This document shows positions 39,281 to 48,936 of a DNA stretch of 64,000 bases, one piece after another. Made by a program: the position numbers and the translations under genes. Source of the stretch: an uncultured Acidobacteriota bacterium. GTDB lineage: Bacteria > Acidobacteriota > Thermoanaerobaculia > UBA5066. Under the pieces are notes generated by a model. It did no database searches, was not told the origin of the DNA, and saw nothing but the letters and a program-made list of their open reading frames with translations. The stretch lies in the NCBI GenBank assembly GCA_963779415.1, contig CAVZYA010000002.1:1504001-1568000 (forward strand). The letters run 5' to 3'. The first letter of the stretch is position 1. The number at the start of each line of letters is the position of its first letter.

Positions 39281-40656
39281 AGCCGCGCGGACGCGAGGGA
39301 CGGCGGCTCCTTCTCATGGTGGGGGACGCCGGCGTCTCGCTCCTCGTCTTCGCGGTGGTCGTCTGGCTGCGCCGTCACGTCCCCCTCCCGTTCACGTCGT
39401 CGCTCCTTCCGGAGGAGAAGCTTCCTCTCGACGTCTTTCCGTGGCTCGCGGGGCTCGCGGCATCGACTCTCCTCGCGACGTCGCTCGCGGGGACGTACGA
39501 CGAGCCGCCGGCGTCGGTCCGCGAGCGCGGCGGCCTCCTCGTCTCCGCGCTCCTCGCGGGAACCGGCCTCGTCCCGCTCTACTTCCTGGCCGGTCTCGCC
39601 GTGCCACGATCGGTGCTCCTCATCTTCGCACCGGCCGTCTGGCTCGCCCTCGAGGTCTGGCGGTTCGTCGCGGAGCAGCTCGTCCCGATCGGTATCCGCC
39701 CCGTCGTCGTTCTCGGCGGGGGCGAGGACGCACGGCGCGCGGCGACGGCACTGAAGGCGGGAGAGATCACGGGTCACCGTCTGCATCGGTGGCGCGAGGA
39801 GCTTTCGGGTCTCCGCCCGGGAGCTTCCGAAGGCGGGAGAATCCTCCCGGACGGAGCGCTTGCCGCTCTTCTCCCGGCCGAAGGGCCATCGGATGTCGTC
39901 TTCGCGTCGGCGCTATTGGAGGACCGGCTGGTCCTGATCGGCCTTCTCGAGCGAAGCCTCGAGCACGATTTCGACCTCTGGATCCTCCCGGGTCTCGCGG
40001 ACGTCGTCGCCTCGCGCGTCGTGACGCGAAGCCTCGGCGACCTTCCGCTCACCCCCGTCGGGACGCGCGGCGCCTCCCTGACGGCGGGCGTCCTGCGGCG
40101 CGTCGTCGACCTGACGCTCGGCACGGCGCTTCTCGTCCTCTCCCTTCCGTTTCTCGCCCTGGCGAGCGCGGCCGTCGCGCTCGAGAGCCCGGGCGCCCCC
40201 TGGCTCCGGCAGCGCCGGGTGGGGCGGCACGGGGTGGAATTCGACCTCTGGAAGCTCCGGACGATGCGCCGGGCGGCCGAGGTGGGCACGGGCCCGACTC
40301 TCGCCGCGCCGGACGACGAGCGGACGACCCGCATCGGCCGGCTGCTCCGGAAGACACGCCTCGACGAGCTCCCGCAGCTTCTTCACGTCGTCGGGGGGAC
40401 GATGAGCCTCATCGGGCCGCGGCCGGAGCGGCCGGAGTTCGTCGCGTCGTTCTCGCGTGACGTCCCCGCCTACCGTCTCCGCCTCGTTCTCAAGCCCGGC
40501 ATCACGGGCCTCGCGCAGGTGATGGGGGCGTACGCCACGAAGCCCGATGTGAAGCTCCGGTACGACCTCGGCTACCTCTTCCACTGGAGCCCGTTCCTCG
40601 ACCTCTTCATCCTCCTCCGCACCGTCGCGACGGTCCTGAAGGGGACGGGGGTCTAG
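39277..40656 (+). CDS. Polyprenyl-phosphate phosphoglycosyltransferase (WcaJ/WbaP-like)
   Basis: N-terminal TMs; QRRVG, KLRTM, RLDELPQL, MSLIGPRPERP, KPGITGLAQV. Confidence 0.92.
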   Translation: MKPRGREGRRLLLMVGDAGVSLLVFAVVVWLRRHVPLPFTSSLLPEEKLPLDVFPWLAGLAASTLLATSLAGTYDEPPASVRERGGLLVSALLAGTGLVPLYFLAGLAVPRSVLLIFAPAVWLALEVWRFVAEQLVPIGIRPVVVLGGGEDARRAATALKAGEITGHRLHRWREELSGLRPGASEGGRILPDGALAALLPAEGPSDVVFASALLEDRLVLIGLLERSLEHDFDLWILPGLADVVASRVVTRSLGDLPLTPVGTRGASLTAGVLRRVVDLTLGTALLVLSLPFLALASAAVALESPGAPWLRQRRVGRHGVEFDLWKLRTMRRAAEVGTGPTLAAPDDERTTRIGRLLRKTRLDELPQLLHVVGGTMSLIGPRPERPEFVASFSRDVPAYRLRLVLKPGITGLAQVMGAYATKPDVKLRYDLGYLFHWSPFLDLFILLRTVATVLKGTGV

Positions 40657-40657
40657 G

Positions 40658-42541
40658 CTAGAGCTTCGGCGTCAGCCCGTCGGGAAGATCGGGGGTGCGG
40701 CCGCCCTTCGGCAGCGCCGCCGCGGCCTCGCCGATCGAGCGGAGGAGCGCACCACGGTCCGCCGTGGGCGGGAGCATCTCCGCGAGGGAGGGGAGGATCC
40801 AGACGCTGCGCCGGAAGAAGGCGGCGGCCTTCTCCGGGTGGCCGCCGGCGAGGACGACGAGCCCGAGGTTGAAATCGGTCTCCCCCCGCTCCTCGATCGA
40901 GAGCGATCGGGCGTAGGCGAGAAAAGCGTTCTCCCAGTCCTCGTCGATCCGGTACGTCGACCCGAGGGCGATCCAGGCCGTCGGGCTCATGGGACGAAGG
41001 GCGAGGGCCCTCTTCAATTGTCGCCGTGCGGAGTCGTTCAGCTCGCTCCGCGCGGCCCCCTGGAAGACGGGCGTCGCCTGGAGCCGCAGCTCACCGTCTG
41101 CCTGCAGGGAGACCGCGGCGATGCGGACCGCCGCCGTGCCGAAGAGGAGAAGGGCGGCAAGGCCGAGCGCGACGGAGAGGCGGGGAGCGGCGGGAGGCTC
41201 CGCCTTCGCCGGCCGCAGCCCCACGCGTGCGCTGAGCCCGAGAGCGTATGCGGCCGGTCCTACGGAGAGGGCGAGCCGGAGCGGAAAGCTCGCCACCGAG
41301 AGGACCGCGAAGGACGCGAGAAGCGCGAGGAGCGTGTCGGGAGGCAGATCTCCGATCGCGCTTCCGTCCGCCTTCCTCACGGACGCCACGAAAAGCCCGA
41401 CAGCGGTGGTCCCGAGCAGGACGAGCCCGAGCGCCGCGGCCGGAAGCCCGCTCTCTGCGGCGATCGTGAGTGCCTCGTCGTGCGCGTTGTCGAAGTGCGC
41501 GAGCCCGGAGTCGTGCCGGAATCTCCGGCCGGCGCGCTCTTCGGCCCGAAGCCTCGCGGGGATGAAGGCGTTCTCGAACGCTCCCGGCCCGACGCCGAGA
41601 AGAGGCCTCGCGCGGATCATCTCGAGCGCCGAGAGGACTCCGATGTCCCGCTGGGTGGAGGCGGTCGCGGCATGGCCGCTTCGGAATTCCCGGATCTTCG
41701 TGAGGATCCGTTGCCCCGTGCCCGTCGCGACGGTCGCCCCGACGAGGAGGAGCGCGGCGGCGACCAGAGGGCGCCATCGGTGCCGGAGGTCGAGAATCGG
41801 GTAGAGGACGACCGCCGCCGCGACCGCGACGAGGGGGGAGATCGCCTCCGTCGCGCCGAGGCCAACGAGCGTCGCCCCGAGGCCGGCCCCGTAGAGGAGG
41901 CGCTTTCGGACGCCGGCCGCGGAGGTGAGGCCGATCCAGAGGAGGACCGTGGGGGCGACGAGCGCCGCCCCGACGTCTCCGGGGTTTCCAATGAGCGCCG
42001 CGGCCTGGAAGCGCGGCTCCGGGGCGTCCATCGCGATGATCCGAAGCACCCCGAGGAACCGCTGCGCCGCGGCGAGGATTCCCGTCGCCACGCCGACGGC
42101 CATCAGCGAGAGGAAGACCCGCGGAGCGGCAGCGCCCCCGGCCGTCGAGGCGCCGACGACGACGAGCGCGAGGGGCGCGAGGACCGCGACGGAGGTGAGA
42201 GGGTCGACGCGCGACGCGTTCGCGAATGCCGAGAGGAGCGCGAAGAGAAGAGCGCCGGCGAGAGCGGCGAGGCCGGTACGGGCGATCGGAGCGAGCTCCC
42301 GAAGCGAGGGCATCGGGTTTCGCCGGCGCGCGGCGATGCCAAGGCCGAGGAGGGCGAAGGAGGCCCCGGCCGCCTGGAAGGCTAGCTTGCCGTCCCTCAG
42401 CTGCTCGGGCGAGTCGGCGAGCCAGAGGACAAAGGAAATGGCGAGCGAAAAGACGAGGCCGAGCGTGACGAGAAGCTCCCCGGCCGTCGGCACGGCCGGG
42501 GAGGCCGGTGCGACCACGCGAGGAGTCGGCCTTCGCGGCAT
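40658..42541 (-). CDS. O-antigen ligase / O-oligosaccharyltransferase-like membrane protein with C-terminal TPR
   Basis: Many TMs, IGNP, RPLLGVGPGAF, NAHDEALTIAAESGL, TPR tail. Confidence 0.8.
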   Translation of the reverse strand: MPRRPTPRVVAPASPAVPTAGELLVTLGLVFSLAISFVLWLADSPEQLRDGKLAFQAAGASFALLGLGIAARRRNPMPSLRELAPIARTGLAALAGALLFALLSAFANASRVDPLTSVAVLAPLALVVVGASTAGGAAAPRVFLSLMAVGVATGILAAAQRFLGVLRIIAMDAPEPRFQAAALIGNPGDVGAALVAPTVLLWIGLTSAAGVRKRLLYGAGLGATLVGLGATEAISPLVAVAAAVVLYPILDLRHRWRPLVAAALLLVGATVATGTGQRILTKIREFRSGHAATASTQRDIGVLSALEMIRARPLLGVGPGAFENAFIPARLRAEERAGRRFRHDSGLAHFDNAHDEALTIAAESGLPAAALGLVLLGTTAVGLFVASVRKADGSAIGDLPPDTLLALLASFAVLSVASFPLRLALSVGPAAYALGLSARVGLRPAKAEPPAAPRLSVALGLAALLLFGTAAVRIAAVSLQADGELRLQATPVFQGAARSELNDSARRQLKRALALRPMSPTAWIALGSTYRIDEDWENAFLAYARSLSIEERGETDFNLGLVVLAGGHPEKAAAFFRRSVWILPSLAEMLPPTADRGALLRSIGEAAAALPKGGRTPDLPDGLTPKL

Positions 42542-42570
42542 CGAACGGAGGATAGCGTGGCGGCTCCGGA

Positions 42571-43671
42571 TCAACTTCCCGGAGCGGAACGGTTGAGGAG
42601 CCCGAGGATCTTCAGAAGAAGGCCGCCGTGTTCATGGCGTGCAATTTCGCTCTCGCGAAGCAGCAGGGTTCTCCGGCGAGACCGCCCGCGTGACGTTCGG
42701 TGACGCGCGTCGTGGAAATGGTGGTGAGAGGTCAATGTCGTCTTTTCTTCGACGGTAAAGACATCCACGACATAGCGCCGGTCCAGTACGGAGTGGCGGA
42801 GCTCGCCGAGCTGCTCGAGCGCTTCGACCGCCCGGCCCGTAACGTCTTTCCACCCTTTTCGAAGAACCTCGGCAGGCCGGTGCCGTGCCGGGACGCGGAA
42901 GAGAGGGACGGACAGGTGGCCTCGGACGATCTCGTCGTCCTCGACCAGGAGGAGACGGCCTCGTCTCCTCGCGACGCCGGCCACGAGGCGGATCCTCGTC
43001 ACGGCCTTCCGCTTCGGCCTCCGCGGATACGACTCGGGCGAGCCGCTCGCCCGCCCGCGGCAGCGCTTCCGGAGAGGGCAGCCGCCGCAGCGCGGGGCGC
43101 GCGGCGTGCAGACGAGGGCGCCGAGCTCCATCAGGGCCTGGTTCCGGTCGCCGGGTGCGCGCGAGGAGACGAGCGGACGGGCGAGGGCCCGGACTCGCGC
43201 GAGAGTCGCGGAGGCCTTCGGATCGAGATGGAGGCCGTGAAGACGGCAGAGGACCCGGACGACGTTGCCGTCCACGACGGGCTCCGGGACGCCGAAGGCG
43301 ATCGAGGCGACCGCGGCGGCCGTGTAGGCGCCGACGCCCGGGAGGGCGCGGAGCCCCTCGACGGTGCGCGGAAAGCCCCCCGCGCGGACGAGGTTCCTGG
43401 CCGCCCGGTGGAGGTTCTTCGCCCGGGCGTAGTAGCCGAGACCGCTCCATTCCGCGAGGACGTCGCGCCCGGGGGCGGCGGCGAGCGCCTCGACGGAAGG
43501 AAACCGCTCGAGAAAGCGGTGATATCGCGTCCTGACGGTCGCAACCGCCGTCTGCTGAAGCATCACCTCGGAAAGCCAGATCGCATACGGATCGCGCGTC
43601 CGCCGCCACGGCAGATCGCGCCGTCGGCGGCGGTACCAGGCAAGGAGAGGCGCGCGCGAGCCCGGCGTCAG
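42571..43671 (-). CDS. mutY: A/G-specific adenine glycosylase MutY
   Basis: LLAWYRRRRRDLPWRRTRDPYAIWLSEVMLQQT (upstream of listed ORF start), WSGLGYYARA, LPGVGAYTA, VDGNV, CxxxxxxCxxCxxxxxC FeS motif. Start uncertain. Confidence 0.93.
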   Translation of the reverse strand: MTPGSRAPLLAWYRRRRRDLPWRRTRDPYAIWLSEVMLQQTAVATVRTRYHRFLERFPSVEALAAAPGRDVLAEWSGLGYYARAKNLHRAARNLVRAGGFPRTVEGLRALPGVGAYTAAAVASIAFGVPEPVVDGNVVRVLCRLHGLHLDPKASATLARVRALARPLVSSRAPGDRNQALMELGALVCTPRAPRCGGCPLRKRCRGRASGSPESYPRRPKRKAVTRIRLVAGVARRRGRLLLVEDDEIVRGHLSVPLFRVPARHRPAEVLRKGWKDVTGRAVEALEQLGELRHSVLDRRYVVDVFTVEEKTTLTSHHHFHDARHRTSRGRSRRRTLLLRESEIARHEHGGLLLKILGLLNRSAPGS

Positions 43672-44273
43672 TCAAGGCGGCTGCGGAGCCTGAGGAGCCC
43701 CTGGCGAATCCGGGTCTTCACGGTGCCGAGAGGCTCCTTCAGCCGCTCGGCGATCTCGACGTGGGTGAGACCCTTGAAGAAGGCGAGCTCCACCGCCTCG
43801 CGCTGGGCGGGAGGGAGGGACTTCATCGCCTCGCGGACGGCGTCGCGCGCTTGCCGGAAGGAGGCGACCTGGTCCGGCGTCGCCTCGTCGTCCAGCGGGT
43901 CGAGATTGGCGTTGGGATCGTCGAAGGAGATCGTCCGGTCCTCGCGCCGGTGGCGCGCCCGGAGCCGGTCGATCGCGCGCGAGCGGGCCACCGTGAAGAT
44001 CCACGCGGGAGGCGCGCCCCGCGCCGGGTCGTACCGGCCGGCCTGACGCCAGACCTGCCAGAAGACGTCCAGCGCCACGTCCTCGGCTTCCTCGGTGTTC
44101 TGGAGGATCTTCCAGACGAGGGAATAGACCACCGAGGCGTAACGCCCGTAGAGAGCGTCGAGCGCGGTCTGGTCCCCCTGCCGGATCCGATCGAGCAGTT
44201 CGAGGTCGGACGCGCTCGCGGAGGGGGCGACAGGGGAGGAGGGGCGAGCCGGATCGTTGCGACCCATTCTCAT
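43668..44273 (-). CDS. ECF sigma-70 factor (SigK-like)
   Basis: AEDVALDVFWQVWRQAGRYDPARG, WIFTVARSRAIDRLR, LTHVEIAE..PLGTVKTRIRQGL. Confidence 0.92.
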   Translation of the reverse strand: MRMGRNDPARPSSPVAPSASASDLELLDRIRQGDQTALDALYGRYASVVYSLVWKILQNTEEAEDVALDVFWQVWRQAGRYDPARGAPPAWIFTVARSRAIDRLRARHRREDRTISFDDPNANLDPLDDEATPDQVASFRQARDAVREAMKSLPPAQREAVELAFFKGLTHVEIAERLKEPLGTVKTRIRQGLLRLRSRLD

Positions 44274-44280
44274 CGGGAGA

Positions 44281-44961
44281 TTAACAGGAGTGGGAGAAAC
44301 CGGTGGGAATCCGGAAAACGGCCCTCGCGAAGCGCGCCGGAACGTGAAAGTCGGGGGGGGAGGCGCGAAGGGTGGGCGAGAGGGCGAGGTACCGGGTCGA
44401 GCGGCCGCGTGCGATCCGGGTGGCGTTGAGCCGCCGTTCCTCACCCGGCAGGGGAGCAGACCCCTTCGGGGAGATCGAGCGCCACGGAACCGAGATCGCG
44501 CCCTTCCACCGCCGCCGGGCGGAAGGGGGGCCGGCCGCGGGCTCTCCCGTGACGGAGACGGAGAGGCCCGCGGGGAGGATCCCCGCGCGGAGTGTCCAGG
44601 TTTCCCGGCTTCCGTCGGGGTTCCGGACCTCGGCCCCGTAACGGGCTCCGGCCGCGTTGACGACGATCTCGATGTAGAAGGCGGGATCCTCCTGGGCGGC
44701 GACGAAGAGCTCGACGCAGTCGTCTTCGAAGACGTGCCCCCCGTCGGAAGCGGTGAGTGCGAGAGGGGGCTCGGCGTCGACGTCGAAGAGGGCATGGAGC
44801 GCCTCGGGAGTCGCCGCGAAGGCGACGGCGGCCGTGGGACCGTCGTTCGGACCGCCGCCGACGTCCCGCATTCCGTGGCGCGGGGCCGCCGCGAGCGCCT
44901 CTTCCAGACGTTCGGACGGGACGAGGGCGATCTCGAGGGTCCGCACCGGAGAGGAGGTCAT
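44281..44961 (-). CDS. Carbohydrate-binding family 9-like (DOMON) protein, no signal peptide
   Basis: VFEDDCVELF, YIEIVVN, WKGAISVPW, NATR, DFHVPARF; ATGA overlap with CHAD stop. Confidence 0.75.
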   Translation of the reverse strand: MTSSPVRTLEIALVPSERLEEALAAAPRHGMRDVGGGPNDGPTAAVAFAATPEALHALFDVDAEPPLALTASDGGHVFEDDCVELFVAAQEDPAFYIEIVVNAAGARYGAEVRNPDGSRETWTLRAGILPAGLSVSVTGEPAAGPPSARRRWKGAISVPWRSISPKGSAPLPGEERRLNATRIARGRSTRYLALSPTLRASPPDFHVPARFARAVFRIPTGFSHSC

Positions 44962-45836
44962 TTCCATCGAATCCTGAAGCTCGCGAGGCGGGCGAGAAGT
45001 TCCTCCGCTTCCCTCCGGGCCGCGAGAAATGAACGGCTCGCATCGCGTGTGAGCGCCGGGAGCAGAAGCTGGTTCGACCGCATCTCGCGCGGCGTCTTCA
45101 CGGCCCCGCTGGCGATGGCGGCCAGCTCGAGGCGGTCGTGAGCGTCGCCCGCCGTGTCCTGAAAGCTCCGGAGCGCCGCGAGCAGCGGTGTCGTGTCGGG
45201 AACGAGCTCGCGGACCAGCTCGAGACCGTATCGAAAGTCCTTCGCGGCGATCCGGGCGGCGTGAAGGCTCTCCCGGTCCGGGATGCCCCCTTCGAGGAGC
45301 CTCGTCCGCCGCTTCTCGAGGCGGCGAAGGACGAGGCGGGCGAGGCGCGCGTCCGTGACGGAACCGACGACGCTCGCGAAAGGGCGGCTGAAGCGGGAAA
45401 GCTCGGCCGCACGGATGGCAAAGGCGGCCCGAAGGGCGGCGAGGCGGACGTCCCCGTCCCGCGCAGCCCCCTTCGTATCCGGCGCGGGGCCGAGGCGGGC
45501 CGCCAGCCGGAGTGCCGCCGCATGGCGTCCCGGATCGCGGCGGAACCGGACGCGGAGCCTCGCGGCCGAGACCTCCAGGGTCCGGTGCGGGGAGAGAAAC
45601 TGCCGAAGGTCGCGGGAGGTCCTCCGGAGCGGCAGGGCCGAGTCCGGATCCGGGAACCCGCGCGTCAGCTTCGCGACGGCGGCGGTTCGCCGCAGCGCGA
45701 CCCGAAGGTCGTGGAGCACGCGCTCGTCGTCGAGCCGCTCGGCACGCGCGAGGACCTCCTCGATCCGGGCGCGCTGGGTCGAGACGGTCGCGGCGAGGTG
45801 TGCCACGAGGGGCGGGGCAGAGGGACCCGTCGGCAC
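44958..45836 (-). CDS. CHAD domain protein (polyphosphate-binding family)
   Basis: LHDLRVALRR, LHAARIAAKDFRYGLE, FQDTAGDAHD. Confidence 0.85.
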   Translation of the reverse strand: MPTGPSAPPLVAHLAATVSTQRARIEEVLARAERLDDERVLHDLRVALRRTAAVAKLTRGFPDPDSALPLRRTSRDLRQFLSPHRTLEVSAARLRVRFRRDPGRHAAALRLAARLGPAPDTKGAARDGDVRLAALRAAFAIRAAELSRFSRPFASVVGSVTDARLARLVLRRLEKRRTRLLEGGIPDRESLHAARIAAKDFRYGLELVRELVPDTTPLLAALRSFQDTAGDAHDRLELAAIASGAVKTPREMRSNQLLLPALTRDASRSFLAARREAEELLARLASFRIRWK

Positions 45837-45867
45837 GCGTCCATCGTACGCGCCCCACCGGCGGGCA

Positions 45868-47218
45868 TCACTCCCCGCCGGAGGGCTCCGGGCCGCCGCC
45901 CGTCAGGCCGGCCCAGAGACCGAGCTCGTCCGTCGCGGCGTCGTACTCGAAAAGCTCCGTGGAGCGTCCCCAGCTGACGACGGCGTCGAAAAGGGCCGGG
46001 ATGTCGGCCGCCGGGAGGTGGGTCGCGAGCATGTCGCGCACCTCTCCGCCGGGGCGCGGGACATCCGGCGTGGCCGCGAGGAACCGCACGACGGCGGCGA
46101 AAGTGCCGAGCGCGAGGATCTGTCTCCGAAGGATCCGGAGCCGGTCCCGGGGAGGCGCCCCGATGAGGGTCCGGCCCGCTTCCGTGAGCAGGACCCGTTG
46201 CCGCGGCGTGTCGACGAGGTCGAGAAGCTCGGCTGCCTTGACGACCGAGATCGTCTTTCCGAAGTCGTACTCGGTGTCGCGGTCGAGGGCGAAGAGGTCC
46301 ATCTCGCCGCCATGCGCGAAGAGGATGTCGAGGAGGCCGCCGATCTCGCCGATGGCGACGTTCGGGACGGGAACGATCGGCGCTTCCGGGCGTCGGCCGG
46401 GAGGCGCCGGAGCGGGCGCGGCCTCCTCGGGAAGGTGGACGCCCGTGACGGCGTCGTGAACCTCGGCCACGATCCGGAGGAAGGCGGGATCGCGGAACGA
46501 GCGCGGGTGGGGGAGCGGGTTCGCCGGTCTCCCACCGGACCGTCCCGGGGTTCGCCCCGAGGACGACGATCCGGTCGCCGAGATAAACCGCCTCCTCGAT
46601 CAGGTGCGTGATCAGGAGGACCGAGGAGAGGCCCGTCGAGGGATCCTTGAAGAGCCGGTAGACCTCGGAGCGGAGCAGCTCGGCGGTCAGGACGTCGAGC
46701 GCCGAAAAGGGCTCGTCCATGCAGAGCAGCTCCGGCCTTCCGACGATCGCCCGCGCGATCCCGACCCGCTGCTTCATGCCGCCCGACAGCTCCTTCGGGT
46801 AGGCGCGCGAAGCGCCGGAGAGCCCGACCGCCGAGAGAACCTCCCGGACCCGCTCGTTCGCCTCGCGCTCCGGAACTCCGCGTGCGTGGAGCCCGAGCCT
46901 CACGTTCTCCTCCACCGTGAGCCACGGAAAGAGGGCGAAGTTCTGGAAGACGACGGCCGCGCCCGGGTGGATTCCTTCGAGAGGAAGGCCGTGCTGCTCG
47001 ACGACCCCCTTCGACGGCGGAATCAGGCCGATGAGGATCCGGAGGAGCGTCGACTTTCCGCACCCGGACGGGCCGAGCACGGCGAGAACCTCGTTCGGCC
47101 GGACCTCGAAATCGATGTTCGCGAGGACGACCCTCTCGCGTCCGTCCTCGTCCCGGAAGACGCGCGAAACGCCGCGGGCGCGGGCGATGGGGGGCGCGGG
47201 CGCGGAGAGGGCGCTCAT
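45868..47218 (-). CDS. NitT/TauT-type ABC ATPase with C-terminal AAA-associated domain, frame break near 46526
   Basis: GPSGCGKST, FQNFALFPWLTV, LSGGMKQR, MDEPFSALD; after one extra base continues ANPLPHPRSFRDP...KAAELL...VVSWGRSTELFEYD. Confidence 0.85.
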
Positions 47219-48936
47219 CGGTTCAGGCTGTACTTCGTCGCGGCCAGCGTCCAGAGGCGACGCCAGACGGTCCGGTTCAGGAGGACGAGGGCCAGCGACA
47301 TCGTGAGGACTCCGGCGGCGAGGAGAGGGAAGTTGGCCTCCTGCGTCGCGCGGGTGATGAGGGATCCGAGCCCGAAGGTCTCGAGGGTCCGCCCGCGGTA
47401 GGTCAGCGTCTCGGCCACGATCGAGGCGTTCCAGGCGCCGCCGGCCGCCGTGACGAGGCCGGTGACGAGGAACGGAAAGACGGCCGGCACGAGGAGGACG
47501 CGCCACGTCGCCGCGCCGGAGAGGCCGGAGACCCGGGCGACCTCGTCGAGGTCACCGGGAATCGCGCTCGCTCCCGCGAGGACGTTGAAGAGGACGTACC
47601 ACTGGGCCCCGAGGAGCATCAGGACGGCCGCGATCGCCGCGAAGGGGACCCGAAGCGCGAGGAGACCGCCCGTCACGAGCGGAAAGATCATCGGCGCCGG
47701 GAACGACGCCACGATCTGGACGACGGGCTGGAGGCGCCGCGACAGGGCCGGCCGGCGGCCGATCAGGATGCCGGCGGGAAGGGTCCAGAGAAGGGCGAGG
47801 GCGAGCGCGGCCGCAGTCCGGAGGGCCGTGGCGCCGAGGCCGGCCCCCACCATCCGCCACTCGGCCGCGGTGACGCGGAGGAGAAGCCGGAGGAGGGCGA
47901 CAGCGCCGGCCGCGGAGCCGACGGCGGCGGCCGCGCCGACGAGCCAGCCGATCGCGGACCGGAGCGCGCTTCCGCCGTCCCCCGGAGCCTCTTCCGATTT
48001 CGTCTCCGGGCTCGTCCTGGCGCGCGCCTCGCGCGCCGCACGGAAGGCGCGCCGGATCTTCCGGAGAGCCGTCGAGCGGCGGAGGAGGTCGAGGACCCAG
48101 GAGGAGGGGGCCTTCTCGCCGCTCACGTCCTCCGTCCGGAAGCGCTGCGACCACGCGACGAGAGGCCTCCAGAGGAGCTGGTCCACGGCGACGATCATCG
48201 CGGTCATCGCGACGAGCGCCCACGCCATCGCCTTCCGGTCGTCCCTCTCGATGGCGACCGCCATGTACGAGCCGATTCCGGGGAGGCGGAAATCGTGGGC
48301 CCCGAGCGTGAACGCTTCGTTGACGGTCAGGAAGAACCAGCCCCCGGCCATCGACATCATCGAGTTCCAGACGAGGCCGATGACCGCGGACGAAAGCTCG
48401 ACCGTCCGGAAGCGGCGTCCCCACGAGAAACGGTGGATCCGCGCGACTTCGTTGAGCTCATTCGGGATGGCCCGGAGGGATCCGTAATAAGAGAACGCCA
48501 TGTTCCAGACCTGTCCCGTGAAGATCATTACGATGCAGGCCAGCTCGAGGCCGACGTTGCTCTTGGGGAAGAGGGCGACCATCCCGAGGACGAGCCCCGG
48601 AAGGAAGCCGAGGACGGGGATTCCCTGTCCGACGTCGAGAAGCGGGATCAGCACCTTCTCGGCTCTCTTCGAGTGCGCGGCCGCCGTCCCGACGACGAGG
48701 GTGAAGAGGAGCGAGAGGAGATAGGCGGCGAGACCCCGCGAGAGGGAGAAGAGCGTGTAGCCGGGGAGGGCGGTCGGGGAGAGGTCGATCTCGACCGCCG
48801 CCCGCATCGGCGCTTCCCAGCGCCGCGCGAGGCCGACGACGGCCGCGACGCTCGCACCGACAACCACGAAGAGGAGAAGATTCACGCCGGCGCGCTGCAC
48901 GCGGCCGGCGCGGAGAACGCTCCGGCGGGACGTCAG
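47215..48936 (-). CDS. ABC permease with two tandem TM domains (NitT/TauT-like)
   Basis: PLLDVGQGIPVLGF, FTGQVWNM, WNSMMSMAGGWFFL, TAAGGAWNASIVAE. Start is CTG 48936 or GTG 48900. Confidence 0.88.
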   Translation of the reverse strand: MTSRRSVLRAGRVQRAGVNLLLFVVVGASVAAVVGLARRWEAPMRAAVEIDLSPTALPGYTLFSLSRGLAAYLLSLLFTLVVGTAAAHSKRAEKVLIPLLDVGQGIPVLGFLPGLVLGMVALFPKSNVGLELACIVMIFTGQVWNMAFSYYGSLRAIPNELNEVARIHRFSWGRRFRTVELSSAVIGLVWNSMMSMAGGWFFLTVNEAFTLGAHDFRLPGIGSYMAVAIERDDRKAMAWALVAMTAMIVAVDQLLWRPLVAWSQRFRTEDVSGEKAPSSWVLDLLRRSTALRKIRRAFRAAREARARTSPETKSEEAPGDGGSALRSAIGWLVGAAAAVGSAAGAVALLRLLLRVTAAEWRMVGAGLGATALRTAAALALALLWTLPAGILIGRRPALSRRLQPVVQIVASFPAPMIFPLVTGGLLALRVPFAAIAAVLMLLGAQWYVLFNVLAGASAIPGDLDEVARVSGLSGAATWRVLLVPAVFPFLVTGLVTAAGGAWNASIVAETLTYRGRTLETFGLGSLITRATQEANFPLLAAGVLTMSLALVLLNRTVWRRLWTLAATKYSLNR

